Assembly: GCA_951406725.2 (NCBI GenBank)
Contig: OX597824.1
Coordinates: 1,054,001-1,118,000, forward strand
Length of the DNA stretch: 64,000 nucleotides
Origin: Octopus vulgaris
Taxonomy: Eukaryota
Direction: 5' to 3'
The notes under the pieces were generated by a model. The model saw only the letters and a list, made by a program, of their open reading frames with translations. It was not told where the DNA came from and made no database searches. The position numbers were made by a program, and so were the translations under genes. How positions within the stretch are numbered: the first letter of the stretch is position 1; every line of letters begins with the position of its first letter. Below, piece by piece: positions 52,414 through 64,000 of this stretch.

Positions 52414-54584
52414 CTACTACTACTACACTTCATTTAAATCGTCTCATTGAGATGAAGTTCTTATCTGTTTTAAAGTTTACCAAGAGAAGAATTGTTCCTC
52501 GTCTCTTGGTAAACTTGGTCTTCGTTTGATCCCTGTTACACCAGTCTGGGGGATAAGATTGGGGATCATTATTGTCCAGCCTGAGTTTGGGCATTTCAAG
52601 GTCTGTTAAAAGATAAAATAAAAAAAAACCCAGAGAGTTTCTGGTGTAAGTGGGTGTCTTATAGAGCGAATTTTGTGACTTAATATTTCAACCAATGGTT
52701 TGATGCCCCCAACTGACCCTTGGGCACTTTCAGCGAGCTTTATTTGATTGCAAGTATTTGGGTCAAATGTTCTTACCAGTCCCTGAAATCCCGAAAGGGA
52801 TTTTTCCTGCTGTTCTTCCTTTTATGACAAGGCTATCAAGAAAACAGCAGCAACAAAACCTTGAAACTAACTCATCCTATTCCCACCCAACCAACCAACC
52901 AACAGATTTTATACTGTATAATATAGATATCCACCCGAAATGGCCGTGAAATTTCTTTGAATCTTCTTCTATTTATAAGGTCTTTCTGATTTTAGTACAA
53001 TTTTGGCAATAATTTCAGGAGGAAGGGTTTAGTGTCAACTAGAACTTATTTTATCCAAAAAGGTGAAAAGCAGAAATAAACTCGGTGTTAAATACAGAGC
53101 GTAAAGAGCCAGAGGAAATGCAGATCAGCATTTTGACCGACACAGTAACGGTTGTACCAGCTCACAGCCTCCTCTTTATAAGTGATAACGCGAAAATAGA
53201 GATTGCTACCATAAATTATTCTTCCTTTGTCATGGAGCTGGACGAGGTAAAAATGTTGGAAGCCATTTCCATTTTACACACACGATACACAGGACGTATT
53301 CTTCTGTCGTCCATGCATTATATATAATACACATCCCCAGCAATTTGTCAACCTCAAGAATAATTTGAGTCATATGAAAAGAAAGCTTGATATTATTCAG
53401 AACGTATGAAACAAGGGCGAAATAAAAGTCTGAAAACAAACATGGATTTTTTGTACAAACTTATGAAAATGCTTCGGACGGGCAAAATGTGTAGCTAGAG
53501 TGTGTGCCGCCCAGGGTGGTCATTCAATTTTCACCCCCTCCCCAAATACATATGGCCTACAACAGACCCGAAAGTGGTTCCACCCCCATAAAAGTACCGC
53601 CCGAAGCTGACCACCTCCCTCCAGCTACGTTACAGCAGGCAACGGGTTGGGCATGGTAAAGTACCCCAATGATTTCAATCGTCACAGCTGCCTTACTATG
53701 AGAAACTGCCCTAAACTAGAACAGCAGCAGCACAGGTTTTACATGGCTTTGTTCCACGGAACCCCTTTTTCTCTTTGGACAATACGGCCGAAGAAAAATA
53801 CGTCAGGGCATGCAATAAACGCTTAATTAATTACATTAATAAAGGTAATAAAATTTTTTGTTTATTCAATATCCCATTGAATATCACGTGTACTTCGACT
53901 TTGAACTCATACAACGCAACGTGAAACGTTTCATCATTATCTCAGTAAAGTGCTATAGTGGAGGCGCGTGGCTTAGTGGTTAGGGTGTTGCACTCATGAT
54001 CGTAAGATTGTAGTTTCGATTCCTGGACCGGGCGACGCGTTGTGTTCTTGAGCAAGACACTTCATTTCACATTGCTCCGGTCAACTCAGCTGGCAAAAAT
54101 GAGTAATCCGGCGTCCCGTCCATTTTGGGTAATTCATACGCCATGGAAACCAGGAAAGTGACCCTTATGAGCCTGGCGTGGCTGGAAAAGGTAACTGTAC
54201 CTTTACCTGTACTGTGCTATGAAGTATATATTTTCATCTCAATTCCGTACCAAAAACATTCCCTACAATCTCGCGAAACGATCTCAAATATGTATAATAG
54301 TGATCTCAAAAAGAAAAAAAAGCTTTTAGTAATTAAGATTATCCTAATCATTAGGAGAGGAAAATCTTTGCGGAGCATTTAAAATCTAAAAGCAACAACA
54401 AAGAGAAACGATTTTTGATAATCGATATCTTCAAAGGAGACTGTTAGTGAAATATACGCGGTTGGATAAGTTCATAGAAAGAGTAATCTGACGTCATGAA
54501 GCTGCGTTTTCGTGAGAGGCTGGACGCGTTTATTTTGTGCCTACTGAGTGTGGAGAGAGTGGTGGTACCCATGAGCTTTTCAAG

Positions 54585-54790
54585 GCGGCGAGGAGCTGGC
54601 AGAAACGTTAGCACGCCGGGCGAAATTCGTAGCCGTATTTCGTCTGCCGTTACGTTGTGAGTTCAAATTCCGCCGAGGTCGATAAATTAAGTACTAGTTA
54701 CGCACTGGGGTCGATGTAATCGACTAAATCCGTTTGTCTGTCCTTGTTTGTCCTCTCTGTGTTTAGCCCCTTGTGGGTAGTAAAGAAATA
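54585..54790 (+). mobile_element. SINE family A monomer
   Basis: 21-bp TSD 54564-54584 / 54791-54811 with 1 mismatch. Confidence 0.85.
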
Positions 54791-55349
54791 GGTACCCATG
54801 ACCTTTTCAAGCAACCACCCGTGAAACAGTTGAGCTTGATGCCGTTAATGTTTCATTTAGACTGTTGCAGATTAACACCCGTTGGTAAGACATACACGGG
54901 ATCATTGCAGTGGGACGAATGTCTGGGGAGAAAGGATTGTTAGTGCTGAACCGAGGATGGATTCGAAGGAAGAAAGGTGGTGAAAGAAAGACGAATTGTC
55001 CGTGGATGGCTGAGACTGGGAATAGAAGTTAATGCGAGTCTGAGGATGGGGAAAATGGAACAAGGGTGAGGAGAATTGCGGGAGACGAGTGGAATTTGAG
55101 GGACGGAAACCAACCAACCAACCCAGAGTAACGATAGAAATGTGAGAGAGCCAAGGGAGGCTGGAAGTGGGACTGAATATCAATCAGCCGAGGGGTCCGT
55201 CTCTCTCTCTCTCTCTTTCGCTGTTTCTCTCCTCCCTCCTTTTCTCTCTCTTTCTCGAATGAAAAGTCACTTCAAAGTCATTATATTTTTCTATTCCTAC
55301 GACAGAACAAACTTACCTAAAATTCATCATCCTTGATTTTCCGACTCAG

Positions 55350-55702
55350 ACCACCGCCACCACCACCACCACCACCGCCACCACCACCACAACCACCACC
55401 ACCACCACTGCCACCACCACCACCACCACCGCCGCCGCCACCACCAGCACCACCACCACCACCGCCACCAAACCACAACCACCACCACCACCACCATCAC
55501 CACCACCACCACCGCCACCACCACCACAACCACCATCACCACCACCACCACCGCCACCGCCACCACCATCACCACCACCACCAGCCACCACCACCACAAC
55601 CACCACCACCGCCACCACCACCACAACCACCACCACCACCACTGCCACCACCACCACCGCCGCCGCCACCGCCGCCACCACCACCACCACCACCACCACC
55701 AC
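55350..55702. repeat. Degenerate (CCA)n microsatellite
   Basis: Read directly; a similar tract lies at 61890-62105. Confidence 0.95.
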
Positions 55703-56261
55703 CTGTAATTTTGTACTTATCCCTATGAAATCCTGGATGGTGTTTTGCCTTCGTCATTTTAAAACTTAATCAATCATCGGTTATTCTATCGAACTTCTCT
55801 TCCCACGGCTTAACAAATTATTTAAAAAAAATCTTTATTTTTGTTATTATTTTTGTTGCTTTTATTTGGTTATTTTGTTTTGTTGTTTATCTTTACTTTT
55901 CCTTCTTTTATTTTTTTCATTTGCTGTTATTGATCTTTTGGCGAATCCGTTCTGACATGTTCTGACAGTCTGTCAATTGCCTCCGTTTCCTCGTCATCGC
56001 CACCATCGTGCACACACCACCACCACCACGCTTCCCACACCAGCACCACCAACATCATCATCATCCTTATCATCATCGCCGTCGTCGTCATCTTTATGTT
56101 ATCTTAATCGTCGTTACGATCATCAAATACTAAAACAGCTGCGTCATCATCATCATCATCTTCGTCATCATCATCATTATCATCGTCGACCTCAAATTGC
56201 CCCCATATGGCTCCTGGGTGTAATAACAACAACAACAACAATAATAATAATAATAATAATG

Positions 56262-58356
56262 TGGTGTAATGATTCTTAAAAGGGGGGAAATCAGTAAAAG
56301 CCAAGGGATCAAGCTGGAAAGTAGTGGATTTATCAGGGAAGTCGGAGAGGAAGGATATAAGTACCTGGGTGTCATTGAAAGAGATAAAATGAATGAACAC
56401 AAGATGAAAGAAATGTACAGGAATGAGTATTTGAAGGGAACTCGATTATAAGATTAGAGCAAATAACACGTGGGCGGTTGCTGTGATGAGATATGGGGCA
56501 GGAATAGTATCTTGGAGGAAGAATTGCAAGATATAGACCGGAGAACACGTAAATTAATGACAATGAACAAGGAACTTCACCCCAAGAGTGGTGTGACAAG
56601 GTTGCTTGTAAAGAGGAAAGAATGAAAGATAGAAGAAAGGGAAATATTGTGGGAAACTACCGTCCCATAGCATGCCTAAACATAATCTGGAAGATACTCA
56701 CTGGAATATGTGCGGCAAAGACATACACTTTCCTGGCACTAATACCCATAACAATGAAACTTATGAAAGTTAAGGTGGTTTACCGATATGGGAAGAAAGG
56801 CCCATCTTTGAACCATCTTCTGTGTATGGATGACCTGAAATTGTTTGGGAAATCTGAAAAACAGATAGATTCCTTAACCAGAACAGTCCAGAAGTGTGGT
56901 AGGGACATCGGTATGGAATTTGAAATTACCAAATGCTCAGTACATAATATAAAAGGAGAGAAGAAAGCATCCTACAAAGGATTGCGGTTACCATCAGAAG
57001 AGACCATGGGTGAAGCGACGATAGTGGGTATAGATATTTAGGGATCTGGGAGCTGGATGACATTCTACACAGAGAAATGAACGTCGAGGTCAGCGAGGAG
57101 TATCAAAAAGGGATGAACATGGTGTTGATATCCAACCTAAATGCCAAAGATTTGATTACCGTAATGAATATCTGGGCAGTAGCTTTGGTAAGATATAGTG
57201 CGTCCATCCTCAAATGGACGAAGGAGGAAGTATCAACGCTGGATAGAAGGATGAGAAAGTTGATGACACTGCATGGGGCGCTACACCCTAAAGCAAATGT
57301 AGACGGACTGTATATGAAAAGAAAGAATGGTGGCAGAGGAATAATTGTATAAGGACCATTGTATAAGGAGTGAAAGGAGAACGCTTGCAGAGTATTTGAT
57401 AAATAGTGACGAAGACCTGCTGCAATATGCCGCGAAAGATACGGGTGTAAATGCAGATGAAGTGATGGGCAAGGAAGAGTTTAACCAAAGAGCTGAGGAG
57501 AAGAGAAAAGAAGACCTTCTTGAAATGAGAATGCAAGGACAGTTTGAAAGGAATACACAGGACGTTAAGGATAATAGAGCATCGTGGGCATGGCTTGAGT
57601 GAGGTGATTCGAAGCGTACCACAGAAAGCTCGATCATTGCTGCACAACATCATGTTCACGCTACCAATTCAATGAAGTATTACATCTATAAAACTCTGTG
57701 GAAAGAGTGTGTAAAATGTGACCCACTTGGTAAGTGGATGTAAGAGCCTTGCACAAAAAGAATACTAGCGCCGCCACGATAAAATGTGTGTATCTTCATT
57801 GGCTCTTATGCCGTAAAAACCGATATGAAGTAACAGAGAACTGGTATGACCATGTACCAACTAAACTTATATGCAGGAGGATGAAAAAGTAACGATACTC
57901 TGGGACTATGATTTTTAGAAGGATCGTGTAATCGAACACCATCGGCCAGATATTGTCATATTGAGTAAGAGAGACAAATATTGTCAGATCATTAATGTGA
58001 CCTTACCAAATGACATGAATGCTGTGAGTAAAGAGGTTGAAAAAATCACCAAGTACTCTGAATTGAAAATGGAAATGGCAAGACTGTATGGAATGCGAGA
58101 GAGTAATGTAAAAGTGATATCAGTGGTGATCGGAGAGTTGGGCTCAATCCCATTGAAACTTCAAGACTTCTTAAGGCAACTGGAAATACCATGCAAGATT
58201 GATGTCTTGCAAAAAGCAGCCTTATTGGGCACAACGCACATCTTAAGGAAAGCATTACCTGTCTGAGGTCCTTGTAGTGACTTGATAGATGACTAATGAC
58301 TCCGGTGCATTCTCATCTTACACTGTGTTTCGAATGAATGATAATAATAATAATAA

Positions 58357-58427
<71 letters not shown>

Positions 58428-60877
58428 ATAATAATACATCAGAACAAACAACATCACAGAAACAAATAATTTGATGAAGGCAACAAGTGATGCTGAAGCA
58501 GAAAATGTGGGTCAAGACAAAGAAACAAAATGGGAGTGAGAGAAGAAAAGACCAATGGAGGAAAAGGAGGATTCAGGCCGGGCAGAGATGCTCTCCAAGG
58601 AAATCTCTGTGTTGGACCGAAAAGAGAAAAGGGGAGCTTAAAAGCGAACAAAAATACAGGACGCTGAAAAGGAAGTATAATATTGGAAGAAACGGCCTGA
58701 AAGTAGTTGTGGAGGAACTGAAACAGCGCCTCGTTGCAAAGAAAGCAAAGATGGTAAGATTCGACCAAAGAATGAAGGGTTACCACCGGAATAGGTTATT
58801 CAGAGTAGATCAGAAGAGATTCTATAAAGATATAAATGGTGAGTGTACAGATGAAAAGTTGATACCAGATAACATTGAAAGTCAAAGGTTTCGGAGTGAC
58901 ATCTGGAGCAAAGACAAGGAGCACAAGAAGGATGGTGAATGGTTGCAAGAACTGAAACAAACAGTAGTCTGTCCAAAACAGGCAGAACTAGTCATTTCAG
59001 TTAAGGAAGTGAAGGAAATCAGCCAAAACAACGAGCAGCTGGAAGGCCCCGGGACCAAATGGAGTTCAAGGCTACCGGATCAAAAGGTTTGGAGAATGTC
59101 ATGCTCGAATAGGTGACACAACTCATCACCTTGTTAAATGCCGACCAAGTAATACCAGAGTGGTTGAAATTAGGTAGGACAGTGCTGTGCCAGAAAAACA
59201 TCGAAAAAGGCTTTACGGTAGACATATACAGGCCAATATCCTGTTTGCCACTTATGTGGAAATTATTGACTGGAATACTCGGAGACGAACATCTGGAAAA
59301 ATTTGGAGTCCTGTCACATAAGCAGAAGGGTTGCAAGTGTAAGTTTCAGAGGTACCAAGGATCAACTCCTGATAGACAAAACTATACTTAGAAAATGCAA
59401 GAGGAGGAAAAGTAACTACACCATGTCATGGATCGACTATCGTAAGGTGTACGATATGATCCCATATTCTTGGATTATGGAGTGTATGAACCTATTTGGT
59501 ATTGCATCGAATGTTGAGCGATTGCTTGGAAAAAGTATGGCGAATTGAAGGACGGAGATGACAGCATACAGAAGAAGTTTAGGGACAGTAGGAATTCGGA
59601 GGGTCATCCTCCAAGGGGACTGCTTGTCCACACTGATCTTTGTACTCTGCGTGATACCACTAACACTGATTCTGAGGAAAGCAAAAGCTGGGTATATATT
59701 CAAAAACCGCCAACAAAAAGTCAACCATTTGTTATTCATAAGATTAGAGCAATTGCTTTGATGAGATATAGGGCAAGAATAGTATCTTGGAAGAAGCATG
59801 AATTACAAGAGATAGACTAGAGAACACGTAAATTAATGACAAAGAACAAGGAACTAGACTCCAAGAGTGATGTGTCAAGATAGTTTGTAAAGAGGAAAGA
59901 AAGAAGACGGGGAAGAAATGATTGAAGCAGTGAAAATGCAGGGAACCTTTAAGTGAACGAAGCCGTAGATCCAACACAATTTAAGAAAGACCAGAGAAGG
60001 CAGATGAAGAAAATTTGGCAGGACAAGAAAATGCAGTCAGTTCTTGGAGAATAAAGAGGAGATTGATTGGAACAAAACTTGGCAATGGCTGCAGAAAGGA
60101 GACTTAAAAGGGCCCATTCAGGCATTAGTGTGCAGCGCTCAAGAACAAGCTCTCAGAACAAACTCCTCAAAATATTACATTTCTAAAAGTACTTGACTCG
60201 CCACAGTGTAAGATGTTCTCTGAGGAAGGAGAAAGTATAAGCCATTTTGTTAGTGAATGCTGTAAGCTCGCACAATGCGAATACAAAAGGAGACACGACA
60301 ATGTGTCCAAACATGTCCACTGGCTGTTGTGTGGTAAAGCAAACCTCGAGAGAGCCGAACAATGGTATGAACACAAGCCAGGGGGAGTAATGGAAAACGA
60401 ACATTACAAAATACTCTGGGATTTTAACATACAGAGTGACCAAGTCATAGAGACGATATGGCGAGATATCGTGATCATCCATAACAATGAAAAAGAAGCA
60501 AAGATAATGGATGTTGCAATACTAGGGGATTCGAAGTAGAAATGTAAGGAAACAGAAAAGAGTGAGAAATACCAACCACTGCGGGTCGAGATAGGAAAAT
60601 TATGGGGCATGAGGAAAGTCATGGTGATACCAGTGGTACTTGGAGCATAAGGAGCAGTTTCCAAGGGCCTTGAAAAATATATTAAGAATATTGGATCTGC
60701 TGTCAGGCTTGAGGTGATCCAGAAGACAGCATTGTTGGGTACAGCTCCGATTCTAAGGAGAGTATTGTCTCTTTGAGTCACAGGAGAAGGCACTACTTGA
60801 AACCTTTGGTGGTTTGTTATTGTCTGCTTTCAAGTAAAGAATAACCAGTAATTAAGAACTATTCGAGAGTCTTTCAG

Positions 60878-60880
<3 letters not shown>
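56262..60880 (+). mobile_element. Head-to-tail cluster of decayed R4/Dong-like LINEs (56262-56620, 56621-58340, 58440-60880)
   Basis: [60 protein letters not shown]; bounded by (TAA)n/(TAG)n/(CAA)n tracts. Confidence 0.9.
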
Positions 60881-60908
<28 letters not shown>

Positions 60909-60926
60909 TTAATAATAATAATAATA

Positions 60927-61624
60927 GTCAATACTGGGTGGTGAGGGGAATTGAGCGCCCATCACTTATAAAATGCCCCAATGGCGTGCAGAAGACCTAT
61001 CCACTGACAGTCAAGCCCGACTCTTTCGCCAAAGGAACAGAAGTGTGGGAAAAGGCGAGTATCTGGCGCCTTCAAATAACCAGTGCTCTGTGTAGGCTGT
61101 ACACGCTAGCGTTGGATGGCAAGCGGCCTAGGAGAAGGAATACTCTGAGTTCAAAACCAGGAGAGCAAGGCTCTTGCCGCCTTGGTGGACTACCTTGATA
61201 GATATGGTTTCTCGTTAAAAATACCAAAACACACCTCATTTATGAGTGAAAATCTAAGCAAAATAGATAACGATAATGGTGTGAACGGGACTGGAACCAA
61301 TGGGGAATGTGCCCCACCGTGCAGCAGGGTGGGCCCGGTCGTAATCCAGCAACTACTAGCCATGCCAGAAGATGTAAGTTGAGTAAACAAGAAAACACGG
61401 CGAGTATAGAGTGTTACTACCGGAGTACTCCAGGAGACATGGTTAAAAAAGGATTGGTGCAAGTGTGAAGGTAGAACACCAACAAATTTATCATTGGTTG
61501 GAACTGCAAGAATTCTTCGCAGGGTTCTTGAAGCATGACCAGTAAATAAGTGCCATCTTAGTCTCCTGGCTGTGGACAGCTGACACTTTCAATAATATCC
61601 AGTAAAAAAGCTGAGAGTTTACAT

Positions 61625-61626
<2 letters not shown>
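60927..61626 (+). mobile_element. Short internally deleted Dong-like element
   Basis: Lies between two (TAA)n tracts; ends with LVGTARILRRVLEA* and a 3' UTR; the 5' part looks like a UTR plus ORF start. Confidence 0.55.
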
Positions 61627-61706
<80 letters not shown>

Positions 61707-62260
61707 GTAATGATGGTGATGATGATAATGATGATGTGACAATTTCTTGACACTTCTGGTCATCAGAAAATGAATTAGTGGAGAGCAATGAACGTCTCGT
61801 TGGAAAGGTGTAACAAACGGTACTTCAGTTCATAAGATGTCGAATGGAGTTAAAAAATATAAGAGCCACAACAAAGAACAGCATCGACTCCACCACCGCC
61901 GCTGCCTCCGCCGCCTCCGCCGCCTCCGCCGCCTCCGCCGCCACCACCACCACCACCACCACCGCCTCCGCCACCACCACCACCACCGCCACCGCCACCC
62001 CAATCGCCGCCGTCGCCGCCACCACCACCGCCACCACCACCGCCACCACCACCACCACCACCACCACCACCACCGCCACCACAATCGCCGTCGCCACCAC
62101 CGCTGCTTTCACAACCGTTATCACATCACTGTATGTCCCTGACTTCATTAATCAGTTCGTGTTGGCTTCAAATGAAACGGAACAAGACTGGACACATCCA
62201 TCGTCCAACGCTAATTCTCTCCTTTATTTATTTACATTATAAACTTCCACCACGGCACAC

Positions 62261-62321
<61 letters not shown>

Positions 62322-62454
62322 TCAAAAATATATAAACATATGCGTTCACTCACACACATCTCATACATACATACACATATACTTTTATCTATATGCATGT
62401 ATGTATTTCTCCCCCCCTCTCTCTCTCTCTGTATCTATTTATCTATCTATCTAT

Positions 62455-62537
<83 letters not shown>

Positions 62538-62668
62538 CACACACTCAAACATACCCCCACCTACACGCAATGGCTTATACATCCCCTACAAATATACATA
62601 CACTTACAAACCTATATCCCCATATTTTCTCTTTCTATTTCCTCCCTTCCTCGCTTTACTTCTTTCTA

Positions 62669-62700
<32 letters not shown>

Positions 62701-62992
62701 CGCTCTTTTCTCTTCCTTTTCTTCCTGTGGTTCTCTATGTTTTACTCTATTTTCTGTCTCCCCCCCTCTGCCACACTCCGCTATGTTATGGTCTCCAATA
62801 TTTCATATCGAAACTCAATGATTACTAATTATGACGGCCATATAATATCAGTGATTAACCTGAATATTTCGTCGACAACCTCTGTCATAAACACCGCGTA
62901 ACGCGAAACATGAAGTAGTAAATATGTTTAAGACTAAGCAGTCACTGTCCCTCTCTTTTTCTCTCCCACACATATGCACACAAGCACAAAAA

Positions 62993-63065
<73 letters not shown>

Positions 63066-63367
63066 GCGCACATTGATGGGACCACTAAGGCCACCTAAAT
63101 TACGGTGGCCGTCTTTCTGAAACACGTAAATATGTGTACATTATATAGAGCACAAAAAAACGATTACTCTATCCCTTCTGTATATGTTTTCCCTTATGTA
63201 TATATGGATGTATATATAAATGTATGTATGTGTGTGTATGTATGTATCTGTGTGTGTAGAGAGACATATGTGTGTATGTATGTATGTATGTATGTATGTG
63301 TAGATACATATATACACACACGCGCGCGCGCACATGGACTGCCTTCCCTCTCCTGGACTTTCCTCTG

Positions 63368-63402
63368 GCATCTGACGAAGGATTATATCCGAAACGTTAT
63401 AC
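63368..63402 (+). ncRNA. Minimal hammerhead ribozyme (Penelope pLTR type)
   Basis: gcat CTGACGA a ggat-tat-atcc GAAA CG TT atac; stem III reduced to the palindrome ACGT. Confidence 0.55.
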
Positions 63403-64000
63403 TTTTACTCTTTAACTTTTTTACTCTGTAACATTTTTTCCTTTCTTGGGTATTTTATATTTATTTTCACTTTTATTTATATTTATACATAATTATATAC
63501 ATACACATTTATATAATGCCCCACTTTCGCGCATATTCAGAAATATAAAGTAATCTATTGTAAAATACGCACACTTGGAACGAGATAAAATGAATAACTA
63601 TAATAAGCAGAGACATTAACTTTATCTCCCCAAAACACAAAGGTTAAATTTTCAAAATAATAATCAAATAATAATCTAGAACAATTAACTTCTAAAGAGA
63701 AATCTGTTGACCAACTAAACTTACCCTCTATCTGCATACTTTTGTGGATATTAAAGCATAAGATAAGCAAATTTCTATATTAACAACACCATGACCTAAA
63801 GCTGGCGCGCCTGAATGAACGCACCTAATGATAGAGGTTTACATGCTTGACTGATAAACTCCACCTTCCCAAAACAAACAGGTTAAATCTCCTAAAAAAT
63901 ATTTAAAAAAAACTGCTGACCAACTAAACTTTCCACCTACTTATATTCTTTTATGAACCCTTAAAAATCCATTCTCTAAAAGTCGACACACTTAAATGAA

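Noticed and set aside
55327-55757. Poly-Pro, poly-His, poly-Val and poly-Gly ORFs (also 61825-62242)
   Set aside because: Translations of (CCA)n microsatellite, open in many frames, with no splice or homology support.
61735-61770. CTGATGA...GAAA..TC on the minus strand
   Set aside because: Stems I and II do not pair; probably chance.

Overview
Repeat-rich, AT-rich animal genomic DNA. The SINE, microsatellite and LINE content suggests an octopus or other coleoid cephalopod (inference). The ORF track misses the one host gene, which I rebuilt by hand: CDC123 on the minus strand, 12 coding exons, 48790->24331, 349 aa, all introns GT-AG and phase-consistent. The rest is transposon material: R4/Dong-like RLE LINEs in (TAA)n tracts, Tx1/L1-like, CR1-like and RTE fragments, a near-complete mariner, a maT/Tc1-like element, a hAT relic, a Gypsy fragment, an LTR with PBS, several palindromic MITEs and three tRNA-derived SINE families. 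The most notable unannotated signal is a set of about 9 hammerhead ribozyme (HHR) motifs with palindromic stem III, carried by short Penelope-pLTR/retrozyme-like units mostly sitting in (TA)n tracts. One has a fully canonical core (8193-8285, minus). Two sit at the ends of very AT-rich tracts. Two in sense orientation inside CDC123 introns carry core-inactivating changes. A second system is a SINE whose 3' tail resembles a Tx1-like LINE tail and which appears to insert into copies of itself, building a 4-unit array just upstream of CDC123.
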